A stretch of 64,000 nucleotides of DNA, taken from assembly GCA_002104945.1 (NCBI GenBank), contig MCFH01000007.1:806001-870000 (forward strand), read 5' to 3'. Source of the DNA: Piromyces finnis finn. Lineage: Eukaryota; Fungi; Neocallimastigomycota. This document shows, piece by piece, positions 1 through 14,040 of this stretch. Both the position numbers and the translations under genes were made by a program. Every line of letters starts with the position of its first letter. Position 1 is the first letter of the stretch. A model generated the notes under the pieces. It saw only the letters and a list, made by a program, of their open reading frames with translations, was not told the DNA's origin and did not search any database.

Positions 1-3000
1 GACAGTATTAATCCACCATCAAATTCTAAAGGAAATAATAATTTTATTAATGAAAGTAAAACTGACAATATCGAAATTAACCATTTAGATTTTGAATCAA
101 TAAAAGTTGATGCTGAAACCAATAACACTCTTTCTAACGATACTCAAAATTATTTATATCGTATGAACAATTCAATGATAACTCAAATAGATGGAAAGGA
201 AAATGAATCGGAAAATTTCCTATATAATCTTACCAACAATAAATTAGATGAAAATTTACAAAAAAACAATATTATTGATGATACAAATGATTTAATCAAA
301 AATGATAAAGATTTGTATCTTAATAGCACTGGCTTATTATCGTCGTCTTTATCAAATGATAAAGTCATTTTAAGCAATAAGCAAACACTTTACAACGATA
401 ATGGCCTAAACGATAACAATAATAATAATAATAATAATAAAATAAATACTGAATTACCTATATCAAATATTATACCACTTTCAATTAACAATACTAATTT
501 ATCAACTACTACTACAAATATAAATTTATCACATGACAATACATTAAATACCAATATAGACATACCAGAAACATCTACATTTACTTTATCAAGTAAAACC
601 TCTAATATTACACCATCCCCAACCTTAAATAAAATATTACCAATAAATAACAATGATAATAATTATTTATTATCAGAATCACCATCAAGTATTAGCATAC
701 CTATTGATGACGACAATAAAAATAATTCATTATTAAATAATGAAAATACTGAATCAACAACAATTCAATCAGAATTTATTGATAGCAAAAAGAATGAAAA
801 GAGTTTGTTAATCCCAAAAGAAAAGGATACAGATATAAATAATACTGATAACCCTAATTACATAAATTTAAAACAAAACCTTTATGATGATGTTGATATA
901 AAAAATTACCAATGTTCTTCTGAACAATCAACTGACATCGTAATAGATAGTTTAAATGAAAGTATGAATGACGAATTTAAAACTACTACCACCTTGGAAA
1001 AAGAAGAAACTTTAATAAGTAAAGAAAATCCAATTGGAGTTGCAGAATCATCTTCCAAAAACGATACTAATTCGGAAATTTCTAAAGAGAGTACTATTTC
1101 TAACGAAAATATAGATGAAGATGATAATAACAATGATACAAAAAATGAAATAAAAAAAGAAGAGGTGGAAAAATGCAAGGATATGAATAAAACAGGTATA
1201 ATTGGAAATATGGAACAATATGATAAAAATAGTAATAACAATATCGATATGATTAGTGATGAAAGCATCAAAAAGAAAAATCATTTGAAATCTGTTTTAA
1301 AAAGTCATAATCGTCACTCCTTCCCTCAGTGTGGAACACCTTTTGAAATGTCACTTCTTACTCATATTCCATTAAATCAAATCGGGGATAAAGAAAATAA
1401 AATTTCAATACCAGGTGTTGAAACAATTGTTGTACGCCAAAGAAGAAAGTCAGTTAATTTTGATAGAAATGCTTTTGAAAAAGTTTGCTATTTTACCTCA
1501 ACAGAAAAGCCAAAAGATATTCATTCCCGTGACGTTCAAATTAAGGAAGATGAACAATCGTCCAATTCTATCCAAACTTTATTGAATACTGAAGTTCAAA
1601 AATTATTATCCGATGAAGTTACAGGAAAAGGTGAATATAGTAACTTTTCTGTTGGTAATAAAGATACAAGCGAAATTAACGAAAATACTACTGACAAAAC
1701 AGCAAAAGCAATAAAAACAACTACTGAACCTGAAACTATAGTCAATCTAGATATATCATCAGATTGCAAAGAGAAGATATCAAAAGAATCATTAACTTCT
1801 CTTAACTCTTTAACCTCCATTTCCGATTCAATTTCCATTTCAAAAGATTCCCAATCCTCAGAATCCAATACCCTTTCTATTACTATCAAAGCAGAAGTTG
1901 AACAACAAATTAAGAATAATTGTCTTTTAAAAGATTCATCTTTAAAGCTTAATGACCCGTCAGCTTCATGGTCACCCATTCCAAGAAATGTTATTCATTT
2001 ACCAAAAATGAAAAACAAGTCAAAAGATTGGGAGCCACATATTGCTGTTGAAAGTTTTGAGTTAGCTCCAAGATTTGAAGGTCAAACTCAAGATATGTGG
2101 GATGTTTTGGAAGTTAAATTAAAAGTCCAAAACTTGGATTATCATAAAAAGGTATTTATTCGCTATACTACAAATGATTGGGCAAGTTATGAAGAAGAAG
2201 AAGCCAAGTATAGTTGCTGTATACGTGAAGGTGTCCAAGGAATTCATTCAGATCCCAATAGTGGTAGTTACGATCAACATAAAAAAGTTGGTCTTGATCG
2301 TTTTATAGCAAGAATTGATGCATCCAATGCCTTTGTTTTACCAGATTGTGGAAGACATACATGTATGCAACGACCAACTAAAATGCTTCTTGTTGCAAAA
2401 TATGAAGTTCTTGGTACTACATACTGGGATAATAATCACTTTACTGATTATAAATTAGAATTGGTAAGAATACCAGCTGGTTATGATGTTCCACGTCATC
2501 ATGGACATTCAAAAGCTGGTGATGCCTCTATCATTGCATGTGCCGCTTGTGCTGAGGAAAAACGTGAAACTGAGTTATCCAATGTTAAAAAATTACAAAA
2601 AGAAGATGAAAAGGAAAAGAAGGAAAGAAGAAAGGTTCGTCATTTTGGTGGAGGTAAAGCTTTACTCTCAAATAACTTTTCTGTAATGAATACTTCCAAT
2701 AATGACAAAGATTTTTCCTTGGATCCAAACAACGTCTATGCTAAGGAAGTTATGAAAAATAATAAATTAAATAAGAATATTTCTTCTAAATCCAATGATA
2801 AAAAATATTCAAGTGTAAATCGTGAAGCTAAGAAAAATAATAAGTCATTATTATCAGCATCAACTCATTCCGAATTACCAACCACCACCACCACCAATAA
2901 CACTAATAACTATCGTAAGAAGCTCTTTAATAAATATAAATATAAATATACTGATTAAATTTTTTTTTTATGTAACATATTCTAATTTATTTGTTTGTTT

Positions 3001-3796
3001 ATTTATTTTTTATTTATTATTATTAATAATATTAGAAAATTATCAAAATAATATGTCTAGTTTGTATTCGTATGATCCATATGCATGTAACCTTAATTCA
3101 AGCATGTCAGGATCCTCATCCCTTTATTCCTCAACTTATTCCGATATTTATACTTATGGTGGAGGAATATCACCATATGATCCTTCCATCTATACAAGTA
3201 ATTATTCTTATAATCCAAATCAATATTCACCATATGGAAATAATATGGAAAATTCAGAAAGCAATAAGAATTATGAAAAATATGGTTATGGAAGATCAAG
3301 ATCCTATTCAACCGGATCAATTTATTCTTCTGATTATTATGACAGAAAAAATTATTTTGGTAATAATAATCAACCAGAGCATCCAAGCAATTTAACTGTT
3401 TCAAATCAAGTCATATATTCAAATAATGACAATAAAAAAGATGAAGAAAATACATCGAATAATGATATTAATATAATTTCAATGGAAAAAGAATCAAATG
3501 AGTCAAAATATAATAGTGAACCTATGAATTATATAAATTCTTCCTACAGTATTACAAACAATTATAGCTGTACCTATCAATATAATTCTAATTACAGTTT
3601 TGGTACAGAAACTCCAGTTTGTCAAAATACATCTGAAGATTCTAATCCTTCCCAATCACAATATAATAAATATAGTCCATATAATTATAATTATAACTCA
3701 TTATACGCAAACTCTTCAATGTCGGATATTTATAATGGATACTCTGACAACAGTATGGATTCCTCAATGATGGATGATACAAATGCATTCTTCTAA
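1..3796 (+). CDS. CBM21-domain protein phosphatase 1 regulatory (glycogen-targeting) subunit, Gac1/PPP1R3-like; 5' end lies left of the window
   Basis: Frame 1 is open from base 1 to the ATG at 163. It has the RVxF PP1-docking motif RRKSVNF, a SILK-like KSVLK, and CBM21 motifs VKLKVQNLDYHKKVFIRYTTNDW and YWDNNHFTDY. A phase-1 GT-AG intron at 2915-3035 (c|gtaaga...attag|aa) joins it in frame to a Y/S/N-rich exon ending TAA at 3796. Confidence 0.85.
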
Positions 3797-4354
3797 ATAA
3801 CAAACAAATTAAAAAAGAAATAAAATAAAAAATAAAAATAAATAATAAATAAAAATAAAAAATACAACAATAAAAACAAAGAAAAAAAAATAAACAAAAG
3901 TTTTATCAAATAAAAAACCAAAAACTCAAATCCCAACAACAACAATAAAAAAAAAAATAAAATAATAAAAAATAAAAGAAAAATAAATAAATAAAAAAAC
4001 TCAACCTTAAATAATTAATAAAATAATAATTAGAAAAAATATATATTTTTATTAATTAATAAATTAAAAATAAAACTGAAATATCAACAACTACACCACA
4101 ATTTCAACACATAACATATAACACATAAAAAAAACCCTATAAAATATTTATGTATATTTTATTTTACCATAAACAAAGATTTATAAATAATACAATTTTG
4201 ATATCATTTTACCAAATATTTAAAAAAAAAAAAAAAATGATATTTTTGCTTAAAAAATAAAAAGAAATAATAACTTAAGTCATTTCTATTTAATTTAAAA
4301 ACATAGATTCAATTATTAATATTTATTTTAGAATATTAATATTTAAATATGTTT

Positions 4355-4388
<34 letters not shown>

Positions 4389-4720
4389 AAGAAAGAAAGA
4401 AAAAGAAAATAGTTATAGCAAATACATAAATAAATGGTTTAATTTAAACAATATTTTATTTATATAATTGATATTATTATATTGTTATTTCTATTAAAAT
4501 ATTAAATAGTATTACTTTAATACTATAATATAATATTTTTTTTTTTTTTTTTTTTTTTTTTAGTCTTTTGTTTTCTCATACTTATTTTTCTAAAAATTCT
4601 TTAAAAAAAAAATTAAAAAAATAAAAAAAAAAAAAAAAAAAAACTTAAAAAATTAAAATATTACATGAAAGTTATAGTTTTGTTCTTTAATTTATAATTC
4701 GAATGATATATGATGATTAA

Positions 4721-4756
<36 letters not shown>

Positions 4757-4887
4757 TATTATTACTAATTCAATATTGACATCACTGCAGTAAAATATAT
4801 ATTTTTGAATTGAATTACTTTATATTAAATTTCTATTCATTAAAAATAATACTTTTTTGCTTGTTATCTTGAAATTATTTAATAAAT

Positions 4888-5737
4888 TTAAACATCAAGA
4901 AAAGCTTCGACATGTTGACGAGTTCTTTCACCTTTTGAATTAATTAATAACCATTCAGTAAGATTATTTTTAACTAGGATTTCTTTTTTATCATCATTTT
5001 TAAGAGTGGTTTTTAAATTAACATCATATAAATATGGAACGATAATTGGTAATGGTTTTTCAGTAAATAATAAAACCTGTCATTATTGAAAATGTGTAGG
5101 TGTGTTTATATATGAGAGAAAGGGAAAGAAAAAGAGGGAAAAAATTAATATAAATTAATTTTTTTAATTTTTTATTATTTTATAAATGAAATCTTACATG
5201 AACGTATGAATATCCTGGTTTAATATCAATTGGTTCAGGTTCAGAAACCATAATTTGCTTAATTTTTTTAAAATCAAAACCTTTATATATCAATTAAAAT
5301 ATATATATTAACAATTATATGGAAAAAAAAAAAAAAAAGTATATTGTATATTTTTATATATTGAATTAAATACCTGAATTAACTTCAATTCTGTTAATAG
5401 CGATTGGATGCTTTGGTTTAGTAAAATCAATTACTATAGAGGTATTTTTAATCTTTTATATAATAAAATATAATATATGCATGTACATACATTAAAAAAA
5501 TAAACAGATTTTGTTATTAAAGATTTCAATTTATGTAAAAAAAAAAATATTTATATATATATAATCTGAATTGATAATTACAGGAAGTGGAATTGGTGAT
5601 AATTTGCTAATACTTTTAATTCTTTGGATTTCATTATCAACTTTTTGTTTTAAGTAATCATTTAATTTTAAATCAATTTCAAGGACTTCATTTTCCTTTA
5701 CTGGCATTTCAGAAACAATATTATCTTTGATAATCAT
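4888..5737 (-). CDS. Hypothetical protein, ~168 aa, 4 exons (5737-5582, 5452-5374, 5280-5198, 5076-4888)
   Basis: Three GT-AG introns with compatible phases give one open frame: MIIKDNIVSE...SPIPLP/IKNTSIVIDFTKPKHP...NSG/FDFKKIKQIMVSEPEP...YSYVH/VLLFTEKPLPIIVPYLYD...RQHVEAFLDV*. No family recognised. Confidence 0.75.
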
Positions 5738-6003
5738 TTTTTAGTTATATATCTTATATCTCGTAATTAATTTAAGGCAATAAAATTTAAAAATTTGCTC
5801 GCTTTTTTGAATTTCAAAATTATTAAAAAAAACTAAAAAATATTTGATTGTCCAATAAATTTATTGAAAATTACAAATTATCTTAAATACTGTGCAATAT
5901 ATTGTAATATATTGTTAATATATTTGGTGTATAATAAAAATATATAGTAATAAAAAATACTAAAATTTTAAATATTATTTATTAATTAAACTTATTTATC
6001 TAT

Positions 6004-6090
<87 letters not shown>

Positions 6091-6173
6091 TTAAATAAAT
6101 TGTTTAGCAATAAAAAGTTAATTAAATTCGTTTAAAAGTATTAAAATAAAAATAATATAAATTCAAATTTCTA
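5738..6173. promoter_or_regulatory. Short head-to-head intergenic region, probable bidirectional promoter, containing a (TTTA)n tract
   Basis: Start codons at 5737 (-) and 6174 (+) diverge ~436 bp apart. Promoter function is inferred from gene geometry only. Confidence 0.4.
5993..6092. repeat. (TTTA)n tetranucleotide microsatellite
   Basis: Direct reading: tatttatttattta... for ~100 bp. Confidence 0.95.
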
Positions 6174-8548
6174 ATGATTTTACTGGAAATTTTTGGTTCC
6201 TTTTTATTTCAAGAATGGGCAAAATCTTTAGTTTTTATATTCGGAGGATGTTGTTCAACTATTATTGCTCTTGAAAACATTGTGAGGTTTTTTATAATTC
6301 CAAATTTATAAATTAAATTTATTTTCAATTACCACATTCCAACTTAATTTTATATTTAATTAAAAAATTGCAAGTTTTTAATAATGTTTTTATTATCATT
6401 AATAATATTATAAATTTCTTTTTTTCTTAATATTCATTATTTTCCTTTTTATTTGTGTTCATGCTTTATTATATTATATTAATATCATAGCAAAAGATCA
6501 AATAGTGGTAAGTAAATGAATTTTGAAATAAAGTCATTAATTTTAATTATTCTTTTTCATAAATTAATTATTTATTACTTCATTTTTATTCTTTCGTTTA
6601 ATGATTCAATAATAGGTAACTTGGTTACATTATGTCAATTTCTTTTTGTTTCACTAGAAGGTTTATTTAAACGAATTCATTTTAATAACCCAAAATCTGG
6701 TAAAAAATTCATTACAATGGAAAAAAATGTAGTTCCCATTTATTATTGGGTTATTATGGTTTTAATGTTTTTTTCATCCTCTTTATTAAACAGTTGGGCA
6801 TTCTATTATCAAATTTCTGTTCCATTACATATCATGTAATTAGTATAAATTTCATTTTTTAAATATACTAAATTCAAAATTTATTCACAAAAAAATAATG
6901 TCTATTGTATATATTACGCACAATAATTTGACTAGTTTTCGTTCAGGTTCCTTATTAATGAATATGTTATTCTCTTCACTGCTATTGAAAAAGAGGTATT
7001 GAAAAATTTTAATATTCTATTCAAAATAAAATTATAATATGTAATGATTATAAAAATTAATACCAATATTATTAGATATTCTTTTAAGCAAGTATTTGAT
7101 GTAATATTGGTAAGTTATTAATGCTATTTAATTATTTATAAGCAGTAATAATAAAGGTTATTTAATAATTATTTTTATTAAATAGGTAACTCTAGGTATT
7201 ATAATTGCCACTTTAACATCTGCACATGAAGTACTATAATAACAGTCTTAAATAAAGTTCAAATTGGCGTTTACCTTATTTTCTAACATAAATATTATCA
7301 TTTTTATTGCTTTTATATATATATAATTTTTATAGAAAATGACTGAATCTAAGAATTCCACATTTATTCAATGGATTATTGTAAATATTTAAATAGTACA
7401 TTAAAATATTAATATAATATTAAATTATATAACTAGTCTATAACATAATATATTTTATTAAATAAATACTGATATATAGGGTATTATAATATTACTGTTA
7501 GCCTTAATTATTGGAAGTGTTTTAGGTGTTTACCAAGAAATTGTATATAGAAAATTTGGAAGAGTCTGGAAAGAAGGTAACTGACTACCATATCAAATTA
7601 TGGTAGATTATTAAAAAAAAATTGATATAATTCATTATAATTATATATATAATATTTATAATATATATTTATGAATCTATAATATATAATATAATTGGAT
7701 TTAAAATATGTATATTCAATAAATAAAATAAATACAACTAGCTTTATTCTATAGTGTATGTATATTTTTATTTATAGCCATTAAATCATGTATTTATTAT
7801 AATTTTTCCAGAACAACTAATTAATTGTTATTAAATTAAAACTATATATAATTATAATAATAATTAATAATAATTTTTTGATTTATAAAGCATACTATTT
7901 CAATTCCATTCTTTTTAATATTCACCAAAGATATTATTAATGATATAAATGAATTTAACAAATTTCCAGCTATATCATTTTCATTAAGCCCAATTCTTAA
8001 CTTTGGTATTTCTATTCCATCATCCTGGATATACTTAGCAATAAATATTTTATCACAGTAAGTTAAAAAGTATTTTTATATTTTTATATTTTTATATGAA
8101 GAATTAAAAAGATATATTTTATATTTGTATGAAAGGTATTTTTGTGTTACTGGTGTTCATAAATTAAGCTCAATATCAACATCCTTAACCTTAAATTTAA
8201 TTTTAAGCTTGAGAAAATTTGCTAGCTTATTATTGTCTATCTTTATATTCAAAAATCCATTAAAACTTGGTCATTGGATTGGAACCATGTAAGTTATATT
8301 TTAATATCTCTATTTTTAAAATTTAAAATATAAAAATGTATTTTATTATATTAAATTTTTTTTTTTTACTTTATATTAGTATTCTCTTTTTTGGGACTAT
8401 CATGTACTTTAAAGATACCCCAAGTAATATTTCAAATAAAGAAAATGAAGTAACTGGAAATAATAATAATAATGATAATATAAATAAAGAAAAGGAAATA
8501 AAACTAAATAAAAGTAAAAATAAATCCAAAAAAATAAAACAAAAATAA
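6174..8548 (+). CDS. YEA4: UDP-N-acetylglucosamine/UDP-xylose transporter (UAA family, SLC35B4/YEA4 orthologue), multi-exon
   Basis: Exon 1 reads MILLEIFGSFLFQEWAKSLVFIFGGCCSTIIALE (IFGGCCS signature). Later exons give GNLVTLCQFLFVSLEG, SSLLNSWAFYYQISVPLHI, FRSGSL, LGVYQEIVYRKFGRVWKE, VTGVHKLSSISTSLTLNLILSLRKFASLLLS and FKNPLKLGHWIG. A basic tail ends KKIKQK* at 8548. Confidence 0.92.
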
Positions 8549-9231
8549 TTTAATGTATTATATAAAAAAAATACTTAATAAAAAAGAAAATTAAATTGTA
8601 ATAAAAGGTTAGGGGATTTAAATATGTGTTAATTTATAATTTAAAATTTAGTTATTTTTGTTACACGAATTTTGAAACATTTTATTTTTGTTACCTAACC
8701 CTATTATTTGTCAAAGATTAGATTTCATGCCTATATTTTTTATAAACTAAAAAATATGTATAACACAGTATTGTTAAAAAATATATATATATATATGTAT
8801 ATATATAAATAGTGTTAAATATATAAATATTTCATAAAGACGAGAATAATAAGATAATAAAAATAGTATTATAAATAATAATAATGTATATTATTTTTTA
8901 GTACATTGCATTAAAAATATAATTATTAATTATAAATCAAAATTAAAAGTATCTTAAAACTTAAACTTACATATATATTCTATTTATTTTTTTTATTATT
9001 TTTGTTATAAATTACTATTACATAAAAATTTTTAGACATATATAATAAAAGTAACAAATATCAATAATCAATATTTTTAAACTTTTTTTTTTATGTTCTT
9101 ATTAAATATCTATAATACTATAAATAATTACATTTAATAATTTAATTCTAACAAATAACATAACTACAATTATTATTTATTTATTTATTCATTTATTTAT
9201 TTATTATTATTATTATCTACATTTTAAAAAT

Positions 9232-12200
9232 TTAAAGATTATATTTATGAACATTAAGGGTTTTAATCATTCCTTCAAAAACATTTTTTAATTCTTTTTC
9301 GGCATCTTCTTTATTCTTTCCCGAAAGCTCTATATAATATTTAATTTTTGGTTCAGTTCCAGAAGTTCTTAATGTGATAGCACAGTCATTAGAGTCTAAT
9401 CTAAAAGTGATCATTTGTGATGATTTAGATGATGGTAAAAGAGCTCTGTGATCTGGAGTAGATGAATCATAGTTGATAGTTAAATCTCTTACATTAATAA
9501 TTTTTTTATTTGCAATTTCTTTTGGATAGTTTAATTTATAATCGTAGAATGGATCCTTTTTTTTTTTTTTTTTTTTTAATTTTTATTTATTTATTTTTTT
9601 ATTTTTTAAAAATAGATGTATTGAGAATTATAAACAACTTTTTTTTTTTTATAAAAAATTTTTTTAATAGGTTAGAGAAAATATATTTTAAATACTCACA
9701 TCACTTGGTTGCTTTTCATCACCATAACGAATATTATCAAAGAAAGCATTAATGACTTCTTGTTCATGACAAATGAAGTAATAATTATTTGACATGAAGT
9801 AACCGTATTTATCATATAAGGAGTTTAAGTAGTCAAACATAGTCATATTCTTTTTAGCTAACTATATATAATATATATATTTATGATTTAATACTTTATT
9901 GAATATTTTTATAATATTATTTTATTATTTTTATTTTAGATTTCTTACTTGTGCAGCTAATTCTGCAACAATAGCAAGAGCAGAAATACCATCTTTATCG
10001 AAAATAAATTCACCACACATAAATCCTATTTTTGTTGATTAAAATTCGTATTAGTTAATAATATTGTATATATGTACTGTTTAATCATATTGGTTCTTTT
10101 TACTATTTTTCTTATTTAATTAAATATTTTTTTTTTATTTAGTATTGACTTAATATATATTTACCAATAGCTTCTTCAAAAGCGAATGGAACTGAATATC
10201 CTTCTTTTATTAAATCAATAGCTTTGTTTCCAATCCATTTAAAACCTGTAAGAGTTTCTTCAAAACGGAAATTCTCGACTTTAGCTATTTTTTCAAGCAT
10301 TTTTGTGCTTACAGTACTATTAACCATAGCAATTTCTGTTATTTAATAATAAAAATAACAACAATAACAATGGCAATATTTACAAAAAATAAAAATCATT
10401 ATAAATATTAAAAAAAAATATTTAAAAAATATTTATATGTTATATTTAAATAAGTGTAGTGGTAATACAAACTTTTATCCGTATCTTTGAATTTTTCCCA
10501 AGTATAGGCACCGAGAATAACACCAATTTGATTACCACTAAAGGAGAACCATTTACCACTATTATATATTGTAATATATATATATTAATTTAATTTAATT
10601 GCTTGTTTTTTAATTAAATTTTATAATATATTAATTACTCTTTTTGTTTTTCAGCTATTGCAAGTCTATCAGCATCTGGATCATTAGCTAAGATAACAGT
10701 AGCACCAGTGGCATTTGCTTTGGCAATAGATAAATCCTTTATTATTTAATATATAAATAATTGTTATTACAATTATTAATACTATTATTTTATTAATAAA
10801 TATTATTGCTTATTTTAGATACAAACCAATACACCCTTTCCTTCTTCCTTTAATTGTTTATATAAAATAAAATATGAAAATTTAATAATTATGATAATAA
10901 TAACAAAACACCATATTATAATATTTAAAAAATTATTAATAATATTTACTGGATTTGGGAATTCAACAGTTGAAAAATCAGGATCTGGTAATACCTATTA
11001 ATAAAAAAGTATTTTAAATTACCAAATACTAATATATATCTGTATTTATAATATATTTATATTTTCAGTATTTTTAGTAGTTTATAAATTCTTACTTGTT
11101 CATCAACTTCCTCGAATGGTTTAAATCCAAAAGATTCAAATGATTTTCTAGCAAATGGTAAACCAACACCATGCATTGCTATATACAATATTATATATTT
11201 TACATTAACTTTTTTTTTTTTTTTTTTAAATAATATAATAATTAGCATTTACCTGTATAACAGAACTTAACGTTTGTGTTACTATTATCTTCTTTATATT
11301 TAACTAAATTACCAATGCATTTTTTGTATTTTTCAATAATTTCATCATATGGGTCAATTACTAAATTAGAGTATTCTATATTATCGACCATAGTTTCATC
11401 CCAAATCCAAGGAATTTGATTTTCTTTAATTTTATTAGCAATTCCTTTATCGATTGGTGGAATAATCTGTTTTAAAAGTAGTATATTAGGAATTTATTAT
11501 TGATTAATGTCTCTTAAGGTGTAAGATAATTTAATTAATACTATAATTAAAATAGTGCTATGTTACTTGACAAGCATTTGACCAATAGACTTTGTATCCA
11601 TTATATTGTTTTGGATTATGTGAAGCAGTAATCATAATACCACATGAAGCACCATATTGAGAAACTGTAAATGGTACAAGTGGAGTACAAACGATTTTGT
11701 GATAATAAACTACACGAATACCTTTTGATAAGAATACAGCAGCAGTTAATCTTGCAAATGATTCAGAATGGTGACGATGATCATGTCCAATAACAATACC
11801 TTTAGTTTTAACTTCTGGATCTGTTTCTAAAAGATAAGAACATAAACCCTATTATTTAAATAATACATATAAAGTTATTAATTATTATTAATATATCATA
11901 TCATATTAGATTTTATTTTTTTTATTTTATTATAAATATAATAATTAGTTTTTATTAGACGTACTTGAGAAGCTTGAATAACTGTCTATATAATAATAAT
12001 AATAATAATAAAATATAAAATTAATAAAACAAATACTTTATCAACAATATATATAATTTTAATTTAAAACATACTAAACCATTCATTCTTGAAAATCCAG
12101 GACCCATTTCAGCTCTTAACCCTAATTTAGTAATTTAATTTTGTTACTTTTATTATTGAAATTTTTAATAAAAATAATTTTATGTAATTATTTTTATAGT

Positions 12201-12448
12201 ACCAGCGGTACCAAAGGCCAATGGTTTTCTAAGTAAAGCTTCTAATTCTTTTTCATTTTTTTCATTACAAAGGTTTTGAACAAATTCTTTATATGAAGAA
12301 TCCTTAATGTTTTATATTATTATTATATAAATTTATTGTTTTGACATTTATTATTATTAATATATGTAGATATATATGATAATATAGATAATATATATAC
12401 TTGTTCTAACTCGAAATACTTTTCTGCTATGCTGTAAATGTCAGTCAT
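9232..12448 (-). CDS. PGM2: Alpha-D-phosphohexomutase, PGM2 / yeast PRM15(PGM3)-type phosphoglucomutase/phosphopentomutase, multi-exon
   Basis: ATG at 12448 (MTDIYSIAEKY). Motifs: FGTAGLRAEMGPGFSRMN, catalytic [39 protein letters not shown], metal loop DPDADRLA, FEETLTGFKWIGN, FAFEEAIG, DKDGIS and LRTSGTEPKIKYYIE. Confidence 0.95.
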
Positions 12449-14040
12449 TTTATTATAATACTAAAAAAATAAATTACTTCAAGGATAATAGTATTCAAAT
12501 TTATTAATTTAGATTTTTTTTTTTTTTAAAAAATAAATTATAAATTAAAATGATTATATATATAAATAAAAAAGTTAAAATAATAATTTATAAAAATTGA
12601 ATTAAAATGCATATGAAATATAAGTTTCGATTCGATGTTGTATAAAGAATTTAAGTATTTTTTAAATACTATATTATTTTATCATTTTTATATTATGATT
12701 TATTATACATCCAATGAAAAATATTAAATATATTTATATATTTACCTTTTTTTTTTTATTATAAAATAATTTAAGTTATTATTCGACCTTACGTTCTTTT
12801 TTTTCTGTTATATTTTTTAAAAGTTTTAGTATAATAGGAATTAGAATTTAGATAAAAAAAAGAGTAATTTCTAAATTTAAGATAAGTATATATACCTTTT
12901 TTTAAATGTATAATAGTTTAAATTTAAATTTGAAAATTCCATAAAAAATTATTATTTAAAGTTTAAAAACAACAAATGACAAAATGGAAAAAATATTAAG
13001 GGTTAGAATTAAACTGATGCTTTAATTCATTTCTCATAATTTACAATAATACAATAATTAATATTTGCCAATCAGTTTTACAAAATTTCATTTAATGTAT
13101 TTTGATTAAATTATAACAAAATAGAAGTATAAAATTTATTAATTGGCACTAAAGATAAATTTAAGCAATATTGAAAATTAAAATCATAAATTCATAATTA
13201 ATAAATATTTAAAAAACAAAAACAAAAATATTTAATATTAATATTGAAAAGGAGAAGGTGTAAAGTAAGAGCAACATTAATTAATAAATAAATCTAATTA
13301 TATGTTTATTAAAAAAAAAAGGATTCATTTATTTTAAACAACAATTCAATTTCAAATTTGATTGAAAATTTCAGTATTAAATACATAAAATTATACAATT
13401 AAATTTCAAAATCTGATTTCATCATTAAGTTATCCAATAAATTTTGATTAAAAACAAATGACCAAGTTAACTCATTACAAGATAGTATTTAACCTGGAGA
13501 TGTTAATAATAAAAATAATTGAATAATAAATTTATATATTTATATTTAGTGAATTACATGAAAGATATTTTCATTGTTTATAAATAAACATCATTTTATA
13601 TTAAAAATGTTAACATTCGACAAATAAATTTTTAAATAAATGAAATTTGTTAAAATGAATAATATAAAGTATTATTTCAAGCTAAAATTAAAATTAGTAT
13701 TTTTGAAGTAATAATTTATTAATATTTTCCACCTTTCATTTAATTTATAAATGTTGATAATAAATGCATTAATACCTAAAATGCTTGATTCCAAGCAATA
13801 ATTGTTATTTTAATATGAATATGTCTATTTTAATTTATTTTTTATTTTTATTTATAAACATTCAGTTAATTCAAAGTATCATTAAAAATTTAAATTTTCA
13901 GTAATAAACAAAAAGTTTTTCATATATTAATAAACTTTTTTTTTTATTCATTATTATAATCATTACAATTCTTATTTTAACAATATCTTATTCTTTATGA
14001 ATAATAAAAGATTGGAATAATAAATCATAGGCATTGAAAA

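Noticed and set aside
183-2686. Antisense and alternate-frame ORFs overlapping the CBM21 gene (183-377, 390-653, 906-1271, 1048-1284, 1596-1979, 2483-2686; also 3072-3395 and 3093-3404)
   Set aside because: Shadows of a long low-complexity coding strand; hydrophobic I/L/F/S composition typical of reverse-translated N/K/E-rich sequence.
11290-11312. Apparent 21-nt GT...AG micro-intron in the PGM gene
   Set aside because: The frame reads straight through (CIGNLVKYKEDNS), so no intron is needed.
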